The notes under the pieces are model-generated. The model was not told where the DNA came from and did not search any database. It worked only from the letters and a program-made list of their open reading frames with translations. DNA of 64,000 bases. It comes from an uncultured Muribaculaceae bacterium. GTDB taxonomy: Bacteria; Bacteroidota; Bacteroidia; Bacteroidales; UBA932. Positions 1 to 8,425 of the stretch are shown in pieces (the first letter of the stretch is position 1; the number at the start of each line of letters is the position of its first letter). Position numbers and translations under genes: made by a program. The stretch lies in assembly GCA_964441715.1 (NCBI GenBank), contig CAYTYL010000001.1:902-64901 (forward strand). Direction: 5' to 3'.

Positions 1-44
1 GCCGCAGCTATGCGGAAGGACGCATGAAGATGCGCACCCCCCAT

Positions 45-87
45 GAACTCCCGTGGCCCGCAGTACGGCTTCGGGAGTTCCTTTTTT
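45..87 (+). terminator. Intrinsic terminator hairpin closing an off-window upstream transcription unit
   Basis: The stem is GAACTCCCG (45-53) paired with CGGGAGTTC (72-80), followed by CTTTTTT (81-87). A frame-1 reading frame entering from the left edge stops at 25-27. Confidence 0.55.
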
Positions 88-175
88 ATCCCCGGCGGGC
101 AAGGCGGACGGGAGCAGACCCATAATACGGCACTTATTTTGAGTACGGCAATGATGTAAAATCTAAAAAAGTATT

Positions 176-183
176 TATTTTTG
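176..183 (+). promoter_or_regulatory. Bacteroidota-type -7 box (TAnnTTTG) in front of the AT-rich cassette
   Basis: TATTTTTG lies at 176-183, 8 nt before ATG 192. I saw no clear -33 TTTG. Confidence 0.35.
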
Positions 184-191
184 TACTGATC

Positions 192-968
192 ATGGGATAT
201 TTCGGTCAAATAGAGATACATATCGTAGGGCAAAAAGGAAACAACCCGCTTACTCCTGATAATTATGACATCAAGGAGATAATATCGCTGTTGTCCAATA
301 TTGAACCTCTTCTTTATCCGGGAATGAAAGGGAACAGACCCGACATTGCATATCGATTGGAGGCCGGTTCTGTCCGGAACATCTTTAAAGTAACCAAACA
401 AGCGGAAGCTGCTTTTGTCGCTGTCATGACAATGGTCGCAGCGACGAAATCAATAGATTCTTTAGAACTGCAGTCTGCCAGAGCAATTGAACAGATACAG
501 AACATGGCTGTCAAGCATAACTACGATTTCGAATTCAGATCTGAAAGTCACGATGGCAATATATTGAGCATAACTCCGGAAACAAAATTCTATCGGTCGG
601 ATGCATTGTGGGTTGACGCTGAGGTCTATTTCTACGGAACACTCGTGGATGCCGGAGGAAAGGACAAATCAAATATTCATCTTGAAACAAAAGACTACGG
701 CACTATTGTAATCTCTGCAGACAGGGAAACCTTGAAGAACGAAGAACGTAATCTTCTTTATAAAGAATACGGAATACAAGCTCAAGCCAAGCAGAATGTA
801 TTGACCGGGGAAATTGACAGATCTTCTGTCAAACTGATCAAAATCATTGACTACAAGCCTGATTTCGATAAGAGCTATCTTGACGGACTGATTGAGAAGG
901 TCGGAAATAGATTTGATGGCATGGATGTAGATGAGTATATATCCAAGATAAGGGGATCCTATGCTTAA
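192..968 (+). CDS. Hypothetical protein, 258 aa, no family recognised (cassette gene A)
   Basis: It is the longest ORF in an AT-rich block and has a non-repetitive, globular-looking composition. Its stop TAA (966-968) lies inside the next gene's start (ATGCTTAA overlap). Confidence 0.6.
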   Translation: MGYFGQIEIHIVGQKGNNPLTPDNYDIKEIISLLSNIEPLLYPGMKGNRPDIAYRLEAGSVRNIFKVTKQAEAAFVAVMTMVAATKSIDSLELQSARAIEQIQNMAVKHNYDFEFRSESHDGNILSITPETKFYRSDALWVDAEVYFYGTLVDAGGKDKSNIHLETKDYGTIVISADRETLKNEERNLLYKEYGIQAQAKQNVLTGEIDRSSVKLIKIIDYKPDFDKSYLDGLIEKVGNRFDGMDVDEYISKIRGSYA

Positions 969-1461
969 AGAACCATCATTCAGTGTCTTGCTCGACACCA
1001 GTTTTCTTATCAGACTTCTTTCCAGAAATGATCACCTGCATCAGAATGCGGAGGACTACTACAGGTATTTCCTGGAGAAGGGAATACCGATGTATGTTTC
1101 CACAATCTCCGTTGCGGAATATTGTGTGAGCGGAAAGATTTCCGAACTTCCGCTGCGCAGTGTGCGTATCATTCCTTTCAACATTCAGCATGCTCCGGTT
1201 GCCGGCGGGTTTGCAAACTTATTGTTTTTGGCAAGAAAAGCAAATGAAATTGCTGTTGACAACCGCCTGATTATTCCGAATGATGTAAAATTATTCGCAC
1301 AAGCTGAGTGCACACCGGATGTGAAGTACTTCGTAACCTCTGACACCAAGTCTTCAAGACTTATCGAAAAAATCTCAGAAAAGAGCCGTGTATCCTTTGA
1401 GCATATGGATATCCATAAACCCTACACGGAGCGTTTCGGGTTTTTGCCGATGCCGATGTGA
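961..1461 (+). CDS. PIN-domain (VapC-like) putative ribonuclease, 166 aa (cassette gene B)
   Basis: Four acidic residues have PIN-like spacing: LLDTSFL (D12), ISVAEY, IPNDVKLFAQAE and FVTSD. The gene overlaps gene A by 8 nt. Confidence 0.65.
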   Translation: MLKEPSFSVLLDTSFLIRLLSRNDHLHQNAEDYYRYFLEKGIPMYVSTISVAEYCVSGKISELPLRSVRIIPFNIQHAPVAGGFANLLFLARKANEIAVDNRLIIPNDVKLFAQAECTPDVKYFVTSDTKSSRLIEKISEKSRVSFEHMDIHKPYTERFGFLPMPM

Positions 1462-1496
1462 TTTGCGCAGTATGGAAGATGAGAAGAGTATCGGAT

Positions 1497-2300
1497 ATGA
1501 GGAAAATATTTCTTTTGACAGCCGTCCTTGCGGCAACCGTTTCATGTTCAAGCCAGTTCAACGCCGAGACGGCTCTGACGGGAGGCGTGCAGGCCCTGCA
1601 GGCGGCGACCCTTACGAACAGTCAGGTTCAGGGCTATGTGAAACAATACATCGACGATCTGGACAGCAAAAGCGACGTGCTGCCCGAAAGCAGCCCCTAT
1701 GTGAAAAGGCTGCGCAGAATCACCGCCGGACTGACGTCGGTCAACGGAACTCCGCTCAACTTCAAAGTTTACAAGACGGACGAACTCAACGCCTTCGCCT
1801 GCGCGGACGGGTCCGTGCGGGTCTATACGGGCCTGATGGACGCGATGAGCGACGACGAGATTCTGGGCGTGATAGGACATGAGATAGGACACGTGGCTCT
1901 GGAACACTCGAAAAGACAGTTCCAGCAGGCTCTTCTGACATCGGCCGTAAGAAACGGAATAGCCTCGGGAGGAGGCACCGTAGGGGCACTCACGGCCTCG
2001 GAACTCGGCGCCTTGGGAGAAAGTCTGGTGGGAGCGAAGTTTTCCCGAAAGCAGGAATCGGAAGCGGATGACTACGGCTACGATTTCCTGAAGAAGAACG
2101 GCAAGAACCCTTGGGCGATGGCAATGGCGTTCGAAGAGCTCGCCAACCTGTCCGGAGAAAGCGTCGGCAACGGTGCAGGCAACTCCGCGGCAGGCAGTTC
2201 GGTAAACCAGCTTTTCTCATCGCACCCCGCGACTGCGGACAGAGTCAGGAAAATGGCGGAGCGCGCTGCAAAAGACGGATTCAAAAGACCCGAAAAATAA
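1497..2300 (+). CDS. M48-family zinc metallopeptidase lipoprotein
   Basis: The protein has a HEIGH zinc motif (GVIGHEIGHVALEH) and a lipoprotein signal (MRKIFLLTAVLAATVSCSS). I chose the internal ATG at 1497 rather than the ORF-track start at 1458. Confidence 0.85.
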   Translation: MRKIFLLTAVLAATVSCSSQFNAETALTGGVQALQAATLTNSQVQGYVKQYIDDLDSKSDVLPESSPYVKRLRRITAGLTSVNGTPLNFKVYKTDELNAFACADGSVRVYTGLMDAMSDDEILGVIGHEIGHVALEHSKRQFQQALLTSAVRNGIASGGGTVGALTASELGALGESLVGAKFSRKQESEADDYGYDFLKKNGKNPWAMAMAFEELANLSGESVGNGAGNSAAGSSVNQLFSSHPATADRVRKMAERAAKDGFKRPEK

Positions 2301-2311
2301 AGACAGCACTT

Positions 2312-3238
2312 ATGAAAATAGTATTTCTCGATGCCGCCACCATGGGCGATACCCCTATGACAGAGATTGAAAGTCTCGGAGAGTTTGTATGTTACCCGTC
2401 CTGCAGCCGCGAGGAATCGCTGGAAAGATGCCGCGACTGCGAGGTGGTCATACTCAACAAGGTCATCGCGGACGACACTTTCCTGGACAGCGCCCCCAAG
2501 CTGAAGCTGATATGCGAGGCCGGGACGGGGATAAACAACATAGACACCGAGGCCTGCGGACGCAGGGGCGTGATCGTGAGGAACGTGGCAGGGTACTCCA
2601 CGGACTCTGTCGCCCAATGCACGTTCATGCACATCCTAAATCTTCTCGGCAATGCCTTCTACTACGACCGCTACGTGAAATCGGGAGAATACGCCAAAGG
2701 CAAGCTGCACACCGACCCGAGCAATCCGTTCACTGAAATCGCCGGCAAAACCCTCGGAATCGTCGGAATGGGCGCGATAGGCCGCAAGGTCGCCCACATC
2801 GGTGACGCCTTCGGCATGAAGGTCATCTACTACTCCACCTCCGGCACGTCGCACTGCAGCGAATACCCGAGCGTCAGCCTGGAGGAGCTGCTGAAGAACT
2901 CCGACGTCGTATCCATACACGCTCCGTACAACGCGAAAACCGCCGGACTGATAGGCTACGACGAGTTCCGGATGATGAAAAGATCCGCCGTTCTGGTAAA
3001 CACCGGGAGGGGCGGAATCGAGGTCGAGGAGGATCTTGCAAGGGCGCTGGACGAAGGCCTGATAAAGGGTGCCGCGCTGGATGTCTATGTGAAGGAGCCC
3101 CTTCCTGCGGACAGTCCGCTGATGCATCTGAAAGACATGAACAAGATCATCCTTTCTCCGCACATAGCCTGGACCACGAGAGAAGCCAGAGAGAGACTTG
3201 CCCACGAAATGGCCGAAAACATAAAGAAGGGCTGGTAG
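2312..3238 (+). CDS. D-isomer-specific 2-hydroxyacid dehydrogenase (glycerate dehydrogenase-like)
   Basis: The protein has an NAD-binding GxGxxG (GIVGMGAIGRKVA) and family-typical segments NTGRG and SPHIAW. The start MKIVFLD at 2312 follows the M48 stop, and the upstream part of the ORF is Arg-rich read-through. Confidence 0.85.
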   Translation: MKIVFLDAATMGDTPMTEIESLGEFVCYPSCSREESLERCRDCEVVILNKVIADDTFLDSAPKLKLICEAGTGINNIDTEACGRRGVIVRNVAGYSTDSVAQCTFMHILNLLGNAFYYDRYVKSGEYAKGKLHTDPSNPFTEIAGKTLGIVGMGAIGRKVAHIGDAFGMKVIYYSTSGTSHCSEYPSVSLEELLKNSDVVSIHAPYNAKTAGLIGYDEFRMMKRSAVLVNTGRGGIEVEEDLARALDEGLIKGAALDVYVKEPLPADSPLMHLKDMNKIILSPHIAWTTREARERLAHEMAENIKKGW

Positions 3239-3268
3239 GAATGCAGATGCCGGACGGACCGGCAATGA

Positions 3269-3865
3269 CTACTCTATGGAGCCGGCGTCTATGAGATTGT
3301 TGAGCAGGGCATAGACCGTAAGTCCCGCCACCGTCTTGATGCCCGTCTTGCGGGTTATGTTCTTGCGGTGGGTTATGACGGTGTAGATGGAGATGTTGTA
3401 TTTGTAGGCTATCTCCTTGTTCAACATGCCTTTGGCTACGCATACAAGGATTTCCTTCTCCCTGGCCGACAATTCTTCGCCCTCGTTTTTTGCGGTTTCA
3501 CTCGTGGACTCTACCGCTCCCCTGAGTTTCTTCACTATGGATGCAGGGCTGTCATAGTAGCCGATGACGCCGCTGAACTGCCGCTCCGTGTCTTCGTCGA
3601 GCCGGGCACCGGAAAATGCGGCCACCGATGCGCTTGTGATGCCGGACAGCATGCTTCTTATCTTGCCTCTGGAACCGTAGTCGCACACCGTAGGGTCTAT
3701 GACGATCACATCCGGGTCGAGATTCTTTATCCTGCTTGTGTTGGACGGCGAGAGATCCGTAAAGATTCCCGTCACCTCGAACTCGCCGACTTCGCTCAGG
3801 ATGCTTTCGATGCCTCGCGCTATCACAAGTGACGGTATTACCAAAAGTACAGTCTTACTCTTCAT
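3269..3865 (-). CDS. LuxR/FixJ-type transcription regulator with a degenerate receiver domain
   Basis: The C-terminus carries a LuxR HTH (LSAREKEILVCVAKGMLNKEIAYKYNISIYTVITHRKNI). The N-terminal receiver-like fold lacks the DD pair (LLVIPS) and the conserved Lys. Confidence 0.8.
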   Translation of the reverse strand: MKSKTVLLVIPSLVIARGIESILSEVGEFEVTGIFTDLSPSNTSRIKNLDPDVIVIDPTVCDYGSRGKIRSMLSGITSASVAAFSGARLDEDTERQFSGVIGYYDSPASIVKKLRGAVESTSETAKNEGEELSAREKEILVCVAKGMLNKEIAYKYNISIYTVITHRKNITRKTGIKTVAGLTVYALLNNLIDAGSIE

Positions 3866-4571
3866 TTTCTTCCATTCCGTTGACAGCGGGAATCAATATG
3901 TCGTCTTCAATGAGGGTATGCTTGGCCAAATCCTGCTCAAGATTGTGCAGGTTGTTCAGCACGTTCATGACCAGCATGGTATCGCATTCCGGAGGAAGAT
4001 ACTTCATGACTATGTTCTTGAGGTCCACCAGTTTCTCCTCCACGTCAGTATGCCGCTGCTCATACTGCAATATGGAGTAGTCTTTTTCTTCTTCATGGTT
4101 CAGCAGGGCCATGACATAGGGAAAGACCTTGGTCTCCTCGTATTCAAAATGGCTCGACAGTTCGGCCTTGTACCGCTCGAAAAATTTGTCGATCACCTTC
4201 CTGTATTTCTCGTCGCAGGGCCTGACAAGCTCACGGATGGAGTCCGTGAGGGAACTCACGGCAATGTCCATGTAGTAGGCATGAGAGGTGTGGAGATAGT
4301 TCACTATGTCCCGCAGTTCCGTTTCCTTCAGCAGTTCCGCGGAAGGAATGTAATTGTCATGGATGTAGACATTGCATATGAGCAGGAAGGTGTTGGTGTT
4401 GACCCTGTGCCTGGTACATGCCTCTTCCACGGTATCGTCTCCGAATCCGAATCCTATGCCCAGTCTGGCAAGCACTCCGACAAGGATGAAATTCTCATCT
4501 ATGAGGTCCGCCATCTTCATGGATGCCGAAATCTGGCGGTGTATGTTCTGTTTCTTTATCACGAGATTCAT
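3855..4571 (-). CDS. Hemerythrin-domain di-iron protein with RIC/ScdA-like architecture
   Basis: His/Glu pairs recur in helical segments (HTSHAYY, HFEYEE, RHTDVEE, KHTLIEDD). The N-terminal segment resembles ScdA_N. The gene overlaps the LuxR gene by 11 nt. Confidence 0.55.
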   Translation of the reverse strand: MNLVIKKQNIHRQISASMKMADLIDENFILVGVLARLGIGFGFGDDTVEEACTRHRVNTNTFLLICNVYIHDNYIPSAELLKETELRDIVNYLHTSHAYYMDIAVSSLTDSIRELVRPCDEKYRKVIDKFFERYKAELSSHFEYEETKVFPYVMALLNHEEEKDYSILQYEQRHTDVEEKLVDLKNIVMKYLPPECDTMLVMNVLNNLHNLEQDLAKHTLIEDDILIPAVNGMEENEE

Positions 4572-4578
4572 TTTTCTG

Positions 4579-4586
4579 CAAATATA
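4579..4586 (-). promoter_or_regulatory. -7 box TATATTTG (minus strand) for the hemerythrin/LuxR operon
   Basis: The plus strand reads CAAATATA at 4579-4586, only 7 nt upstream of the ATG at 4571. Confidence 0.4.
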
Positions 4587-4853
4587 AATATAAGAAAACT
4601 TTCTTCGGACACCAAACCCCCGGGACTCTCACGAGCACCGGGGGCTTACAACAATTAAAAGGATCTATTAATCTCAACTATATGGCTTGAAAATCTCTTT
4701 TCAACATCCGGAAACAAAGGTAGGGGATATGCCATCCCCGTTCAATACCAAGAAATTGGTATTTTGACGAGCGTCATTCAACAGCTCCTTTTCCCCGGAC
4801 GGGATCCGCCGGCGGAGATCCGCCGCATTTACCCGAATCCGCCGCGATGCCGC

Positions 4854-6173
4854 CTATTTCAGCAAGGTCTCAGCGATGAATGAGGATGCCAGTTCCGCCG
4901 CACGATATCGGTTCTGGCTGAAGCCATGGTCGTAGCGGTCCAGGATGACGAGTCTGCTGCCCGGCCATATGGCATGATACCTTTCGCTGTAGGTGTAGGG
5001 AACTATGTGGTCCGCATTGCCGTGGACCATAAGAGCCGGCCCGTCATAGCCTGCAGCCGTCTCGTAGATGGGCAGCGAGAATGCGGTGCGGATGTATCCT
5101 GCCCCGAGGTACAGCCCGTCCCTGAGAGCGACTTTTTCAGGAGGATCGAGCGGGTCATAAAGAGCCCCCTGAGAGTTGCCCCTTATCGCATCTTCCCTGA
5201 GCACGGCGGCCGGTGCGAGGAGCACTACCGCCCCCACCTCGGAGGAACCGAGTCTGCCGGCAGCCATGCTGGCCACCACGCCGCCCTGCGAATGGCCCGC
5301 AAAGGCGATTTCTCCCGCATAGGGCAGGGCGCGGACGTAGTCGAAGACCTTGACGGCGTCTTCTATCTCATTGACCACCGTCATCTTCTCGAATTCGCCT
5401 TCGCTCTCTCCATGGCCGTTGAAGTCGAAGCGGACGGAGGCAATGCCCTCTCTCTGCAGATTGTCGGCTATGAGCCTGAGCAGCTCCGCATTTTTGTCGG
5501 AAGTGAAACCGTGCATGAGTATGGCGACCGGAACTTTCTCCCCTTCAGCTGTCAGGGGCTTCCGGATTATGGCCGAGAGCTTCCCCACGGCGCCGTCTAT
5601 GCTGACTTTCTCCTCACTTCCGGGAATCGGGGACTTGTCGGCGAACGTCTCTTCAAGCAATTTCTCCACTTTGTAGACATCCACCGTAGCCAGCTCCACC
5701 CGGCCTTCGGGGTTGACCACAACCATGGAGGGAATCCAGTTAAGCCCGTACGCCTTGGCGACCGGAGACCTGTTCATCCTCACCAGTTCGGATACCTGCG
5801 GATAGTCCATGCCTGACTTCTGCACCATGGACTTCCACGCTTCCTTGTCGGTGTCGAAACTTATGCCTATGAATTCCACTCCTTTAGGATGAAACTTGCC
5901 GTACATGCGAACAACATCGGGTATGTCCTTGCGGCAGTCCGGGCACCATGACGCCCAGAAATCGAGCACCGTCCATTTTCCACGGAAAGAAGACAGGGCG
6001 AGCTTTCCGCCGTCCATGGTCTCAATCTCAAAACCCGGGGCGTCGCTCCCCTTCTTGACCAGTCCGGCCGCATATTTGTCATCGAGATCGCCGACCGGCC
6101 CGAACTGGGCCCCGGCACGCAGAGGCAGCAGCGCCAATGACGCAGCCGCCAGCAATTTCAAAAAAGTTTTCAT
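4854..6173 (-). CDS. Secreted fusion protein: TlpA/ResA-like thioredoxin-fold domain plus alpha/beta hydrolase
   Basis: The protein has a signal peptide, a WASWCPDC active site (C77/C80), a C-terminal GHSQGG nucleophile elbow and an HG pocket (LMHGF). Confidence 0.8.
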   Translation of the reverse strand: MKTFLKLLAAASLALLPLRAGAQFGPVGDLDDKYAAGLVKKGSDAPGFEIETMDGGKLALSSFRGKWTVLDFWASWCPDCRKDIPDVVRMYGKFHPKGVEFIGISFDTDKEAWKSMVQKSGMDYPQVSELVRMNRSPVAKAYGLNWIPSMVVVNPEGRVELATVDVYKVEKLLEETFADKSPIPGSEEKVSIDGAVGKLSAIIRKPLTAEGEKVPVAILMHGFTSDKNAELLRLIADNLQREGIASVRFDFNGHGESEGEFEKMTVVNEIEDAVKVFDYVRALPYAGEIAFAGHSQGGVVASMAAGRLGSSEVGAVVLLAPAAVLREDAIRGNSQGALYDPLDPPEKVALRDGLYLGAGYIRTAFSLPIYETAAGYDGPALMVHGNADHIVPYTYSERYHAIWPGSRLVILDRYDHGFSQNRYRAAELASSFIAETLLK

Positions 6174-6898
6174 ATCTCCGTTTTGTTTTGTCCCTTTTGT
6201 CCGATACAGCCGGTCACTCCGGCCGCTCCGGCATCTCCGGTCATTCCGGCATCTCCGGCATCTCCGGCCGCTCCCACCGCTCCGGCATCTCCGGTCATTC
6301 CGGCCGCTCCGCCGCGAAGGCTGTATTCGCAGCCGCAGTACAGCTGATTGTAGAACCCGAGCTCCTTTATGATTTCGCTTCTACGCAGCTGCAATCCGCC
6401 TTTTCTCCAGTTCTGGGCCCACCAGCGCACATCGTCCCAGGCACTGCAGGCGGCTTCTCCGGCCGCATCCACCTGGGAGAGATCCTTCCACCTGGAAGAC
6501 GCGAGCGTCGTAGCGAGAATACGGTATCCGTGTGCATGGGCGTAAGACGCGGCACGGGACAGCCTGTATCTGAAACAGCCCAGGCAGCGCGCTCCTCTTT
6601 CCGCTTCGTTCTCCAGCCCTTTGGCCACACTTTCCCATGCACCGTGGTCATAGCCGTCTTCGATGAAGCCTATTCCCATGTATGCGGCGAACCGCCTGCA
6701 TTCATCTCTCCTGACGGCATACTCCTCCGAGGGCCAGATGTTTGAATTGCTGTAGAATATCACAGGTTCAAGGCCATGGGCCAGCATACATTCGACTATC
6801 GCTCCCGAACAGGGGGCGCAGCACGCATGGAGCAATATGCGCTTTTCTCCTTCAAGAGCTTCAAGATGAAGCCATTCTCTGTTTCCGGTCTTTCCCAT
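6170..6898 (-). CDS. queH: Epoxyqueuosine reductase QueH (DUF208) with a repeat-encoded C-terminal extension
   Basis: The protein has the HACCAPC motif, CLGCFRYR and a terminal YCGCEYS, all typical of QueH. About 45 extra residues follow the core. The stop overlaps the next gene's start (ATGA). Confidence 0.8.
   Translation of the reverse strand: MGKTGNREWLHLEALEGEKRILLHACCAPCSGAIVECMLAHGLEPVIFYSNSNIWPSEEYAVRRDECRRFAAYMGIGFIEDGYDHGAWESVAKGLENEAERGARCLGCFRYRLSRAASYAHAHGYRILATTLASSRWKDLSQVDAAGEAACSAWDDVRWWAQNWRKGGLQLRRSEIIKELGFYNQLYCGCEYSLRGGAAGMTGDAGAVGAAGDAGDAGMTGDAGAAGVTGCIGQKGQNKTEI
6210..6317. repeat. Tandem repeat, 12 copies of a 9-bp unit (CCGGNNNNT), in frame within the queH 3' end
   Basis: I counted the units directly: ccggtcact, ccggccgct, ccggcatct, ccggtcatt, ccggcatct, ccggcatct, ccggccgct, cccaccgct, ccggcatct, ccggtcatt, ccggccgct, ccgccgcga. 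Confidence 0.9.
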
Positions 6899-6925
6899 AA
6901 CTGAACAAAATTACACAATAATTCC

Positions 6926-6933
6926 TACCTTTG
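6926..6933 (+). promoter_or_regulatory. -7 box TACCTTTG immediately upstream of the NhaC-family gene
   Basis: TACCTTTG lies at 6926-6933 and the ATG is at 6939, which implies a leaderless or near-leaderless mRNA. Confidence 0.4.
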
Positions 6934-6938
6934 GACTC

Positions 6939-8228
6939 ATGTCCAAATTTTCAGCCGACATAAAGCCTTGGCTTGCCGTCAGTCCGCTTGCCCTGTTCCT
7001 GGCCGTATATCTCATCTCCTCGCTGGTTTCCGGTGATTTCTACAGGATTCCCGTATCATCGGCCTTCCTGACAGCGTCCGTCTACGCCCTGTGCCTTACC
7101 AAGGGCAGCGTCGAGGAGAGGCTGGCCGTTTTTTCAAGGGGCGCAGGCGACGGCAACGTGATGCTGATGATTTGGATCTTCATCCTTGCGGGGGCTTTCG
7201 CCGCGACGGCCAAGGAGATCGGCGCGATTGACGCGACCGTGAACCTGACCATGATGATAGTGCCCGAAAAACTTCTGCTGGCCGGTCTTTTTCTGGCCGC
7301 ATGCTTCGTGTCCATGGCCATGGGAACGAGCGTCGGGACCATCGTCGCCCTCGTCCCCATAGCTTCGGGAATCGCGGAAGAAATAGCCGTGCCCGCCGCA
7401 ATGATGACGGCCATAATCGTGGGAGGCGCTTTTTTCGGAGACAATCTTTCATTCATTTCGGACACCACCATAGCGGCCACGAGGACGCAAGGGTGTTCGA
7501 TGTCGGACAAGTTCAAGGTAAACATAAAGATAGCGGGTCCGGCCGCCCTGCTGACGGCCGCCCTGTACCTGTTCATGGGGGCCGGGATAAACACCTCTCC
7601 GTCCGTGGGCGAGTTGGAATGGGGCAAACTGCTCCCATACCTTTCCGTAATGATTCTCGCGATGTCCGGACTGAATGTCACCCTCTCCCTCTGCATAGGC
7701 ATCGTCCTGAATCTTGTCATAGGGGCCGCCTATGGCGACATGGGATGGCTGTCCTTTCTGTCGTCCGCAGGAGCGGGGATTGCCGGCATGGGCGATCTGA
7801 TAACCGTCACTCTGCTGGCCGGAGGAATGCTGGCAGTGATTAAGCATAACGGAGGATTCGATTTCCTGACACGGAGGCTTGCTTCCGGAGTTAGAGGGAA
7901 AAGGGGCGCCGAGTTCTGCATTGCCGCCATCGTGAGCCTGGCCAACCTGTGCACTGCCAACAACACCATCGCCATCATCACTACCGGCGGCATAGCAAGA
8001 AACATCTCCGAACGCTTTTCGTTGGACCCACGCAAGACGGCGAGCATTCTCGACACCTTCTCCTGCATAATCCAGGGAATAATCCCCTATGGCGCACAGA
8101 TGCTCATGGCTTCTTCACTTTCGGGCGTTTCCGCCATAGCCATCAGCAAGTACCTTTACTATCCGCTGATTCTCTTAGTGACGGTCTGTCTGGCGATCAT
8201 ATTCAGATTTCCGAGGAAGGTATCCTGA
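6939..8228 (+). CDS. Na+/H+ antiporter NhaC-family membrane protein
   Basis: This is a polytopic 429-aa protein with NhaC-like N-terminal and central segments (GAGDGNVMLMIWIFILAGAF, GTSVGTIVALVPIA). Confidence 0.8.
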   Translation: MSKFSADIKPWLAVSPLALFLAVYLISSLVSGDFYRIPVSSAFLTASVYALCLTKGSVEERLAVFSRGAGDGNVMLMIWIFILAGAFAATAKEIGAIDATVNLTMMIVPEKLLLAGLFLAACFVSMAMGTSVGTIVALVPIASGIAEEIAVPAAMMTAIIVGGAFFGDNLSFISDTTIAATRTQGCSMSDKFKVNIKIAGPAALLTAALYLFMGAGINTSPSVGELEWGKLLPYLSVMILAMSGLNVTLSLCIGIVLNLVIGAAYGDMGWLSFLSSAGAGIAGMGDLITVTLLAGGMLAVIKHNGGFDFLTRRLASGVRGKRGAEFCIAAIVSLANLCTANNTIAIITTGGIARNISERFSLDPRKTASILDTFSCIIQGIIPYGAQMLMASSLSGVSAIAISKYLYYPLILLVTVCLAIIFRFPRKVS

Positions 8229-8308
8229 TTTTAATTTTTTAAATACAAAAATTAAAAATTTATTTATTGAATCGGATATAATTTCTTCAAATTGGAAGTA
8301 TAAAACTA

Positions 8309-8339
8309 TTTGCAGAATAAAATAGAATATCTATATTTG
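8309..8339 (+). promoter_or_regulatory. Orphan full-consensus Bacteroides-type promoter (TTTG-N19-TATATTTG)
   Basis: TTTG at 8309-8312 and TATATTTG at 8332-8339 are separated by a 19-nt spacer. No ORF follows on this strand. Confidence 0.5.
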
Positions 8340-8393
8340 TCCCAGGCATTGAACATTCTTTTCATGTCTATTTGTTAAGTTCGTTTTACACAC

Positions 8394-8425
8394 GAGGCTG
8401 CGGTTTTGGGGAAAACCGCAGCCTC
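8394..8425. terminator. Perfect 14-bp hairpin between convergent genes (candidate bidirectional terminator)
   Basis: GAGGCTGCGGTTTT (8394-8407), loop GGGG, AAAACCGCAGCCTC (8412-8425). It lies between the NhaC gene (+) and the ROK kinase gene (-). Confidence 0.6.

Noticed and set aside
6210-6317. I considered whether the short regular repeats could be a CRISPR array.
   Set aside because: The units are 9 bp, contiguous with no spacers, and lie in frame inside a CDS. The same holds for the 21-bp and 24-bp repeats. No cas genes are present anywhere in the window.
6137-6745. A plus-strand ORF contains a striking SGISGHSG repeat.
   Set aside because: It is the mirror-frame reading of the 9-bp repeat in the queH 3' end. 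The rest of the ORF is antisense to the clear QueH core, so it is not an independent gene.
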